Source: an uncultured Chloroflexia bacterium (lineage in GTDB: Bacteria > Chloroflexota > Limnocylindria > Limnocylindrales > CSP1-4). Taken from it: a stretch of DNA of 64,000 bases. The notes under the pieces are model-generated. The model saw only the letters and a program-made list of their open reading frames with translations. It was not told the origin of the DNA and did not search any database. Made by a program: the position numbers and the translations under genes. Positions 8,995-16,596 of this stretch are shown here, piece after piece. Positions within the stretch are counted from its first letter, which is position 1. Every line of letters starts with the position of its first letter. The stretch spans positions 23,557 through 87,556 of the forward strand of contig CAVYUR010000002.1 of the NCBI GenBank assembly GCA_963771795.1, written 5' to 3'.

Positions 8995-9627
8995 TCAGCC
9001 GCCACGCCCAACGAGCAGCCCGAAGTCGAACTTTCGCTCCGTGCCATGGATCAGGCGGTCGATGTTGTCGGCGTGGGCTATCCAGACGATCGCCGCCGCT
9101 GCGGAGGCATAGAGCGGATACGCGCCGGAGATCGGCCCGTTTGCGGCTGCCCAGAGCCCCCAAGTGGCAACGGCCATCGCACCCGTTCCGAGCAACGAGC
9201 CCAGCGACACGTACCGAGTCAAAGCGACCGCGGCCACGAACACTGGCGCGGCGAGCAAGACGGCAACCGGCTGGATTGCGAGCATGCCCCCGAGATTCGC
9301 TGCGACGCTCCGTCCACCCCGGAGTCCGAGGAATATCGACCAGGTTGCACCGACCACCGCGGCCAGGGCACACAGGACCTCGACGGCGGCGCCCAGATCG
9401 AGGAGCCGGGCTACTAACACGGGGATCGCGCCTTTCAGCGCATCGCCGAGGAGCACGACGGCCGCTGGACCAGGCCCCAATGCTCGCAGCGCATTCGTTC
9501 CGCCTGTCCGTCCCGAACCAACCGTCCTCGGGTCCGCACCGCCGACCAGCCGCGCCACGGCAATGCTGATCGGGATGGATCCGACGAGGTATGACGCGGC
9601 CACGAGCAGGAGAGCCGATCCGTCCAT
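8995..9627 (-). CDS. plsY: Glycerol-3-phosphate acyltransferase PlsY
   Basis: YLVGSIP, DPRTVGSGRTGGTNALR, DALKG, GGRSVA, HADNIDRL..GTE. Confidence 0.9.
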   Translation of the reverse strand: MDGSALLLVAASYLVGSIPISIAVARLVGGADPRTVGSGRTGGTNALRALGPGPAAVVLLGDALKGAIPVLVARLLDLGAAVEVLCALAAVVGATWSIFLGLRGGRSVAANLGGMLAIQPVAVLLAAPVFVAAVALTRYVSLGSLLGTGAMAVATWGLWAAANGPISGAYPLYASAAAAIVWIAHADNIDRLIHGTERKFDFGLLVGRGG

Positions 9628-9725
9628 CCCGGGGCGAGTCTAGCAGCGGCGGATCTGCGGTCGGCCGCCATCAGACCCGTGTCGTCGGTTGCGCGGTTCT
9701 CGACGCCACGCGTACCATCGCCACG

Positions 9726-9788
9726 ATGACCCAATCGCCCGTCCGGCCGCTTGGCGTGCTCGGGATGCGGCCCGCCCGAGGCTCCTGA
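9726..9788 (+). CDS. Putative leaderless 20-aa upstream ORF (MTQSPVRPLGVLGMRPARGS) ahead of lpdA
   Basis: TACCAT -10 at 9713-9718, 7-nt spacer, ATG 9726. The stop lies 3 nt before the lpdA ATG. Confidence 0.4.
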   Translation: MTQSPVRPLGVLGMRPARGS

Positions 9789-9791
9789 CCC

Positions 9792-11234
9792 ATGGCCGTC
9801 GGCTCTTCCAACGACTTCGATCTCGTCGTGCTCGGCGCGGGTACCGGCGGCTACACGGCGGCGTTCCGGGCGGCCCAGCTCGGGCTGCGCGTCGCGCTCG
9901 TCGACGAGGACAAGATCGGCGGGACGTGCCTCCATCGCGGCTGCATCCCGACGAAGGCCCTGCTGGAATCCGCCGCGTTCACCGAGCGTGTCCGCCATGC
10001 CAAGGATTTTGGCCTGAAGCTGCCGGGCGAGGCCGAGATCGACTACGTCCAGATGGCCGCCCGCCGCGACCAGGTCGTCAAGCGGATGTGGACGGGGCTC
10101 AAGACGCTCGTCGACAAGAACAAGGTGACCTGGATCCAGGGTCGTGGCCGCCTCGATGGCCCCAACAAGATCCGGGTCGCCCAGGCCGGCGAGGATGGCA
10201 CCCCCGGAAAGGGCGGCGAGCGGGTCCTCCAGGCCAACGACGTGATCGTCGCTACCGGGTCGCGCGTCAAGTCGCTGCCCGGCCTCGTGCCGGACGGCGA
10301 ACGGATCCTGACCTCCGACGACGTCCTGCGCGCCGACAAGCTGCCGAAAGACGTGATCGTCGTCGGTGGCGGCGCGGTCGGCGTCGAATTCGCCTCGATG
10401 TACCACGACCTCGGCGTCAAGGTCACGCTTCTCGAATACCTGCCGGCGATCGTCCCGCTCGAGGATCGCGAAGTGAGCCAGGCGCTCGAGCGCAGCTTCA
10501 CCCGCCGCGGCATGACCGTCATGACGAACGCGCGCTTCGACGCGACCAAGGTCGACATCGAGAAGGCGGGCGTCTGCGTGATGGTCGGGCCGGAGGGCAA
10601 GGAGCCGCAGGAGCTGCGGGCCGACTTGATGCTGGTCGCAGCGGGACGGGCGACGAACGTCGAGGAGATCGGCCTCGATACGACGAAGGTCGAGGTCGAC
10701 AAGGGCATCATCAAGGTCGACGGCCGGATGCGGACGAAGGAGCCCCATGTATACGCGATCGGGGACGTCGTCGGCGGGCTGATGCTCGCCCACACCGCCG
10801 CGCACGAGGGCATCGTTGCAGCTCACACGATCGCCGGGGAGAAGGACGTCCACCCGATCGACTACGTGAAGCAGCCGCGGGCGACCTACTGCCGCCCGGA
10901 GATCGCCTCGATCGGGTTGACCCAGCAGCAGTGCGAGGAGCAAGGGCTGCCGATCAAGGTCGGCAAGGTGCCGTTCCAGGCGATCGCCAAGGCGATCATC
11001 GGCGGCGAGTACGAGGGCTTCACCAAGGTCATCGGCCACAAGGAGACGGACGAGACCCTCGGGATCCATATCATCGGCCCGCATGCGACGGACCTGATCG
11101 CCGAGGCATCGGTCGCGTTCGAACTGGAAGCGACGCCGTGGGAGATCGGCGGCGCAACGCACGCCCACCCGACCTTCTCGGAGGTCATGGGGGAGGCGGC
11201 GATGGCCGTTGACGGACGATCGATCAACTTCTGA
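9792..11234 (+). CDS. lpdA: Dihydrolipoyl dehydrogenase (E3)
   Basis: GAGTGGY, GGTCLHRGCIPTK redox disulfide, GGGAVGVEFA, HAHPTFSE. Confidence 0.95.
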   Translation: MAVGSSNDFDLVVLGAGTGGYTAAFRAAQLGLRVALVDEDKIGGTCLHRGCIPTKALLESAAFTERVRHAKDFGLKLPGEAEIDYVQMAARRDQVVKRMWTGLKTLVDKNKVTWIQGRGRLDGPNKIRVAQAGEDGTPGKGGERVLQANDVIVATGSRVKSLPGLVPDGERILTSDDVLRADKLPKDVIVVGGGAVGVEFASMYHDLGVKVTLLEYLPAIVPLEDREVSQALERSFTRRGMTVMTNARFDATKVDIEKAGVCVMVGPEGKEPQELRADLMLVAAGRATNVEEIGLDTTKVEVDKGIIKVDGRMRTKEPHVYAIGDVVGGLMLAHTAAHEGIVAAHTIAGEKDVHPIDYVKQPRATYCRPEIASIGLTQQQCEEQGLPIKVGKVPFQAIAKAIIGGEYEGFTKVIGHKETDETLGIHIIGPHATDLIAEASVAFELEATPWEIGGATHAHPTFSEVMGEAAMAVDGRSINF

Positions 11235-11253
11235 GCCGGCAGCGGAGGAGCTG

Positions 11254-12354
11254 ATGGCGGTGACATCCCGGACGCGCAAGGCGGCGGCAGCGCACCTCGG
11301 TGACGCGGTCGGGCTGTCCGACGCGCAGTTGCTCGAGATGTACGGCGTCGTCGCGCTCGCCCGGGCCGTCGACGAGCGGATGTGGATCCTCAACAGGGCC
11401 GGCCGGATCCCGTTCGTGATCTCGGGGCAGGGTCACGAGGGCGCCCAGGTCGGGATCGCCTGGGCCCTTGAGAAGAAGAAGGACTGGATCGCCCCGTTCT
11501 ACCGCTCGATCGCGACGTGCCTGACGTTCGGGATGAGCGCCCGCGACATCCTCACCGCGCAGTACGCGACCGCGAGCGACCCCTCGTCCGGCGGCCGTCA
11601 GATGCCGGGTCACTACGGCAGCCACGAGCACAACATCGTGTCGGTCTCCTCGCCGGTCGCGACCCAGCTCCTCCACGCCGTCGGGATCGCGCTCGCCGCG
11701 AAGATCCGCAAGACCGGCCAGGTCGCAATGACCTCGATGGGGGAGGGGAGCAGCAACCAGGGAGACGTCCACGAAGGGCTCAACTTCGCGGCGATCCACA
11801 AGCTGCCGTTCATCTTCGTCGTCGAGAACAACGGCTACGCGATCAGCGTGCCGCTGGCCCGCCAGGTCGCCGGCTCCAGCGTCGCCGATCGGGCGGCCGG
11901 CTACGGGATCCCCGGTGTCACCGTCGATGGCTCCGATGTCCTGGCCTGCTACGCCGCGTCGCGCGCAGCCGTCGAGCGAGCCCGGCAGGGCGATGGACCG
12001 ACCCTCATCGAGGCAAAGGTCACCCGCCTCACCGCCCACTCATCGGACGACCAGCAGACGAAATACCGCTCCGAAGAGGAGCTCGCCGCTGAGAAGGCAC
12101 TGGACCCGCTGCCGCTCTTCCGGGCGCAGCTCGCCGATGCGGGCGTCCTGACGCCCGAGGCGGAGGAGAAGATCGTCGCCGACATCACCGCCGCAGTCCA
12201 CGACGCGACCGAGTACGCGGAGTCGCAGCCGGATCCCGACCCCTCCACGGCGATGAAGTGGGTCTTCGCCGAGGACTGGCCGGGCGAGACGCCGCCGCCG
12301 TGGGGCTTCGGGAAGCCAGGCGTGGCCGAGGGCGAGGGCGAAGGCGCCCACTGA
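11254..12354 (+). CDS. bkdAA: 2-oxoacid dehydrogenase E1 alpha, branched-chain (Bacillus BkdAA-like)
   Basis: MWILNRAGRIPFVISGQGHEGAQVG, TPP motif GEGSSNQG...VENNGYAIS, AHSSDD. GGAGGAG SD before ATG 11254. Confidence 0.75.
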   Translation: MAVTSRTRKAAAAHLGDAVGLSDAQLLEMYGVVALARAVDERMWILNRAGRIPFVISGQGHEGAQVGIAWALEKKKDWIAPFYRSIATCLTFGMSARDILTAQYATASDPSSGGRQMPGHYGSHEHNIVSVSSPVATQLLHAVGIALAAKIRKTGQVAMTSMGEGSSNQGDVHEGLNFAAIHKLPFIFVVENNGYAISVPLARQVAGSSVADRAAGYGIPGVTVDGSDVLACYAASRAAVERARQGDGPTLIEAKVTRLTAHSSDDQQTKYRSEEELAAEKALDPLPLFRAQLADAGVLTPEAEEKIVADITAAVHDATEYAESQPDPDPSTAMKWVFAEDWPGETPPPWGFGKPGVAEGEGEGAH

Positions 12355-13337
12355 TGCCGACCAAGACCTTCATCGAGGCGATCCGCGAGGGCCTGCGCGA
12401 GGAGATGGCCCGAGACGAATCGGTCATCGTCCTCGGCGAGGACGTCGGCAAGAAGGGCGGCGTCTTCCTGGTCACGGACGGGCTGTGGGCCGAGTTCGGT
12501 GAGGAGCGGGTCATCGATACGCCCCTCACGGAGTCGCAGATCATCGGAACCTCCATCGGGGCATCGATCAACGGGCTCCGGCCGGTCGCCGAGATCCAGT
12601 TCGCCGACTTCATCTTTCCGGCCTTTAACCAGCTCCTCTCCGAAGCGGCCCGGATGCGCTACCGCTCGAACAACGGTTACGGCCTGCCGATGACGGTTCG
12701 GGCGCCGTACGGCGGCGGCGTCCACGGCGCGCTCTATCACAGCCAGTCGGTCGAGGCGTTCTTCACCCACATCCCCGGACTGAAGGTCGTGATCCCGTCC
12801 ACGCCGTACGACGCCAAGGGCCTGCTCCGCTCGTCGATCCGCGACGAGGACCCGGTCCTGTTCTTCGAGCACAAGAAGATGTATCGGAGCGTGCGCGGCG
12901 ATGTCCCGGACGGCGAGTACAGCGTGCCGCTCGGCCGGGCCGCGGTGACTCATCCAGGGACCCAGGTGACGGTCATCGCCTACGGACTGATGGCCCACTA
13001 CGCGCTCGAGGCCGCCGACCGGGTCGCGGACGAGGGGATCAGCGTCGAGGTCGTCGACCTTCGGACGCTCCGCCCGCTCGACAAGGAGACGGTCCTCGAT
13101 TCGGTCCGCAAGACCGGCAAGTGCCTCGTCGTCTACGAGGACAATCGCTTCGGTGGGTATGGCGCGGAAGTTGCCGCGATCGTGGCCGAGGAGGCGTTCG
13201 ACTACCTCGATGGCCCCGTGTCCCGGATCGCCGGCCCGGATGTCCCGAGCGTCCCGTACAACCACGCGCTCGAGGACTGGTTCATGGTGAACCCGGAGAA
13301 GATCGCCGACAGCATCCGGAAGCTCGCCGCGTACTAG
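12354..13337 (+). CDS. bkdAB: 2-oxoacid dehydrogenase E1 beta, branched-chain type
   Basis: GEDVGKKGGVF, DTPLTES, EIQFADF, GGGVHGALYHSQS. ATG overlaps the E1 alpha stop. Confidence 0.8.
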   Translation: MPTKTFIEAIREGLREEMARDESVIVLGEDVGKKGGVFLVTDGLWAEFGEERVIDTPLTESQIIGTSIGASINGLRPVAEIQFADFIFPAFNQLLSEAARMRYRSNNGYGLPMTVRAPYGGGVHGALYHSQSVEAFFTHIPGLKVVIPSTPYDAKGLLRSSIRDEDPVLFFEHKKMYRSVRGDVPDGEYSVPLGRAAVTHPGTQVTVIAYGLMAHYALEAADRVADEGISVEVVDLRTLRPLDKETVLDSVRKTGKCLVVYEDNRFGGYGAEVAAIVAEEAFDYLDGPVSRIAGPDVPSVPYNHALEDWFMVNPEKIADSIRKLAAY

Positions 13338-13375
13338 CGGCTAGTTGCCGAGGAGCGCCCGCAGGCCGCGGCAGC

Positions 13376-13489
13376 CGCCACCTACCACCCCGAGTAGTCG
13401 ATGACGCGCCGGGACGACACCACGGCGCTCCACCGAGCCCGGAATCCCCGGATCCTGCCGTCATGCTCCGTTCGGGGTGGTAGATGGCG
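13376..13489. repeat. 18-bp inverted repeat (1 mismatch) built from the same motif family
   Basis: CGCCACCTACCACCCCGA at 13376-13393 versus TCGGGGTGGTAGATGGCG at 13472-13489. Confidence 0.85.
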
Positions 13490-14412
13490 ACATATTGAGG
13501 GGACGAACAAGGCAACAACTACGCGGGGTGGTATCTGGCACTAGCCCGCACCCCGGATAACCGGGAGTAGAGAGCCCGCCGCCAAGATCGGCCGATGGAT
13601 GACGTGCGCGTGGGCCGGCTCCTTCGTGCCATGCGGCTTCGGCTCGGATGGACACAGAAACGGCTGTCGGCGCGCAGCGGCGTAAGCCAACAAGAAATCT
13701 CGCTGTTCGAGCGCGGACACGTGGACCGTGCGCCGATTCGACTTGTCCGCACCGTGTTCAAGGCGCTCGACGCCAGCGCTGACTTCGACATTCGCTGGAG
13801 GGGCGGCGGCATGGATCGGTTGCTCGACGACCGACATGCCGTACTTGTCGCCGCGGCCGGCTCGTTGCTCGCACGTGCTGGTTGGGAGGTGCTGCCCGAG
13901 GTGTCGTACAGCAGGTTCGGTGAGCGTGGGTCGATCGACCTCGTTGCCTGGCATGCACCTACGAGAACCCTCCTCGTCGTCGAGGTGAAGTCGGAGCTGA
14001 CATCGCTCGAGGCAACGCTCCGGAAGCACGACGAGAAGGTGCGCCTCGGCCCGGAGGTAGTAGCAGAGAGATACGGCTGGCGGCCAGTGAAGGTGGCGCG
14101 ACTCCTCGTATTGCCGGATAGCCGAACCGCCCAACGCCGGGTGGCCGGCGCCGACAGCGTCCTGCAACGGGTATATCCGGCGCGCGGCTGGACCGTCCGG
14201 CGATGGCTCAAGGCTCCGATCGGGCGTGGCGATGGGCTCATCTACCTGCCAATAACCGCCCCACGTAGTCGAAGTCGAGCTTCGGAACGATGAAGGAGCC
14301 GGATTCGGCGCGGATCGCCCAAGGTGCACGCCATCCACCATCGAGGGTGGTGAGCGTCATCCAGTTGCCGACAGGATCTCGGCAGTCACTACGCGGGGCG
14401 GTATCTGGCACT
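13472..14412 (+). mobile_element. Candidate nuclease cassette: direct-repeat modules 870 bp apart flanking an HTH-nuclease gene
   Basis: ACTACGCGGGGYGGTATCTGGCACT at 13518-13542 and 14388-14412 (24/25 identical), with upstream GGGTGGT cores at 13475 and 14345. Mobility is inferred, not shown. Confidence 0.55.
13595..14293 (+). CDS. XRE-family HTH fused to a PD-(D/E)XK-type nuclease domain
   Basis: N-terminal LLRAMRLRLGWTQKRLSARSGVSQQEISLFERG (XRE HTH). C-terminal GWEVLPEV...GSIDL...LLVVEVKSE (E, D, ExK catalytic pattern). Confidence 0.75.
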   Translation: MDDVRVGRLLRAMRLRLGWTQKRLSARSGVSQQEISLFERGHVDRAPIRLVRTVFKALDASADFDIRWRGGGMDRLLDDRHAVLVAAAGSLLARAGWEVLPEVSYSRFGERGSIDLVAWHAPTRTLLVVEVKSELTSLEATLRKHDEKVRLGPEVVAERYGWRPVKVARLLVLPDSRTAQRRVAGADSVLQRVYPARGWTVRRWLKAPIGRGDGLIYLPITAPRSRSRASER

Positions 14413-14423
14413 CGGGCGCCGAG

Positions 14424-15599
14424 TCACGGGCGCGACGCAGCGACTGAGACACGCAACGGGCGACCGAGGAATGCCGCCAGGCGATCCGCCTCGTCCTTGA
14501 GCTCAGGCCGGGCACCGCCGCGCCAAGAGAAGAATGGCGTGACCGCGATCGTGCCCGAGCCGCGCTTGGCAGCCTCGATCTCCCAGGTTCCGGCGACCCG
14601 GCCGTCGATGACGACGACCGGCGTGACCCAGCCGGCCGTCCGATGGACGCGGTCGTGGTGGGCGTTGCCCAGCACGGAGTCGACCCGGCGTGGCAACTCG
14701 TTGGTGAACGGATCGAAGCCCGGTAGGAGTCGAGCCTCGTGGATCGGCTTCACCGCGGCGAGCGCGGCGACATCCTCGCCGCGCACCAGACCCCGGATGC
14801 CATCGACGTCGACCTCAACGATCGGATCGGTCATGACCTTGAGCGCCCGCGTGACTGCCGCCATGCGCCCGCCGCCCCACCAGCGGGCGATCATCTCGCG
14901 GCTGGCGCCCGGGAAGACCGCGAGGTAGCGCTCGATGAGCCGCCCCAGCGCGTGGTCCGCGGCTTCCGGATCCTTGTCCGGTGCAATACGCCGGCCGAGC
15001 CACTTCGAGGGATCGACGAATGCAACGTTCCGGCCGTCCGACGGGCCGAAAATCAACCGACCGCGCTGCGCGGCCGGGCCAAGGAACGTTCCCCAGCCGG
15101 TCAGCATGTCCTCGCGCAGATGGGGTCTCTTGACGCGCTTCACCACCGCGTCCACGACCTCGACGCGGGTCATCGGGCGGTCTGACAGCCCGTTGCCGAT
15201 GGCATCGATCACCTCGGCCACGCCCGCCTCGGTCATCTTGAAATAGCGCAGCCAGACCGGCGTGTGCCAGCGCTCGAGGCTCCGTGCGGCGACGACGAAT
15301 TCCTCAAGATCGTCCGGGCTGAGCAGGTGCAGGGTCTGGCGGAAGGCCCAGACTTTGACGAGGCTCCGGCGCTCCCACAGCGCATCCCGCACATCCGCGG
15401 GTCGCAGCCCGTCGATCCTGGCGGCTGCCTGGAGTTCCGCCGAGCTCAGCACCTGGGCGTGGAGGCCGACCATCCGGGCGACGACATCGACGAGCTCGTC
15501 CCGCTTCGCCCGGTTGGTGATGCGTTGGCGCTGGAGTCGAAGCGTCAGGACCTGGGGCCAGGTCGTCGAAAGGGCCGGTGGGGCGGCTGGCTTCGGCAT
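14424..15599 (-). CDS. Winged-helix DNA glycosylase, AlkZ/YcaQ (HTH_42) family
   Basis: GLHAQVLSSAELQ, VKVWAFRQTLHL, RLLPGFDPF, PVVVIDGRVAGTW. Confidence 0.75.
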   Translation of the reverse strand: MPKPAAPPALSTTWPQVLTLRLQRQRITNRAKRDELVDVVARMVGLHAQVLSSAELQAAARIDGLRPADVRDALWERRSLVKVWAFRQTLHLLSPDDLEEFVVAARSLERWHTPVWLRYFKMTEAGVAEVIDAIGNGLSDRPMTRVEVVDAVVKRVKRPHLREDMLTGWGTFLGPAAQRGRLIFGPSDGRNVAFVDPSKWLGRRIAPDKDPEAADHALGRLIERYLAVFPGASREMIARWWGGGRMAAVTRALKVMTDPIVEVDVDGIRGLVRGEDVAALAAVKPIHEARLLPGFDPFTNELPRRVDSVLGNAHHDRVHRTAGWVTPVVVIDGRVAGTWEIEAAKRGSGTIAVTPFFSWRGGARPELKDEADRLAAFLGRPLRVSVAASRP

Positions 15600-15648
15600 C
15601 GCCAAATGATGCCGTCTCGACCTGACATGGTTTGTCAGGTACGGCGCG

Positions 15649-16479
15649 TCAGATCTCGACGGCGCCCTGGATGCACGTGATCGTCCCGCCGCCGACCCAG
15701 ATCGTGCCCTCGGGATCCTGGCTGATGTGAGCTCGGCCGGCGCGGCCCAGCGCGGTGCCCTGGCTGGCGATGTACGGCGCCCGGGCCCGTCCGGTGCCCA
15801 GCAGCCAGCCGGCCAGCGAGGCGTTGAGGCTGCCCGTCACGGGGTCCTCGACCGTCGCGCCGTTGAGTGGGAAGAACGCCCGGACCTCGAAGGCGGCCGA
15901 TCCGCCGGCCGGATAAGGCCCGACGACGCCCAGGTCAAGGTCCACGAAACCCGGCTGGAGCGCCAGGACCTCGGCCGCCGACGACAACAGGACGGCGACC
16001 CAGCCCGGTCCGTTGTCGACCCACTGGCCCTCGACGATCGCCTCGCGCGGGATCCTGAGTACGTCGGCGATGTGGGCGATTGTCGGTTCGTCGACCGGCC
16101 CATCGCGGACGAGCGGCGGCGCCGCGAATGCGAGTCCGTCTGCGGATCGTCGGATTGGAATCAGGCCCGCCGGGCACTCCTGGACGATCAGAGCGGGGTC
16201 CCGGGGCAGGCCGCCCGCCTCGAGCCAGGCGTGGCATGTCCCGAGGGTCGGGTGCCCGGCGAATGGCAGCTCCTGGCCCGGCGTGAAGATGCGGACACGG
16301 TAGTCGGCCTCTTCCGAGGTGGTCGGCACGATGAACGTCGTCTCGGAAAGGTTCGTCCATTGAGCGAACCGCTTGAGCGTGGCATCGTCGATTCCGGAAG
16401 CGTCGAGGACGACCGCGACCGGATTGCCGCGGTACGGCTCCGTGGTGAAGACGTCGACCTGACTGAACGCGCGTCGCAT
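15649..16479 (-). CDS. PhzF-family isomerase/epimerase
   Basis: QVDVFTTEPYRGNPVAVV, NLSETTF, ELPFAGHPTLG, EDPVTGSLN. Start reassigned to ATG 16479. Confidence 0.88.
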   Translation of the reverse strand: MRRAFSQVDVFTTEPYRGNPVAVVLDASGIDDATLKRFAQWTNLSETTFIVPTTSEEADYRVRIFTPGQELPFAGHPTLGTCHAWLEAGGLPRDPALIVQECPAGLIPIRRSADGLAFAAPPLVRDGPVDEPTIAHIADVLRIPREAIVEGQWVDNGPGWVAVLLSSAAEVLALQPGFVDLDLGVVGPYPAGGSAAFEVRAFFPLNGATVEDPVTGSLNASLAGWLLGTGRARAPYIASQGTALGRAGRAHISQDPEGTIWVGGGTITCIQGAVEI

Positions 16480-16596
16480 GGTTTGAGTCTGCCACGGACA
16501 ATCGTGTGCGGCGCATCGCGGCTCGATGCGCGACACTAGGCGCCGAACAACGCGATGGCGGACCCCGATCCGCCCGGCGACCCGGAGGACTGACCA

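Noticed and set aside
8884-14412. CRISPR array interpretation of the GGGTGGT/ACTACGC repeats
   Set aside because: Only two repeats per module, the first degenerate, modules dispersed, and no cas genes in the window.
13472-14412. Integron cassette with attC sites
   Set aside because: No RYYYAAC/GTTRRRY core pair and no integrase nearby.
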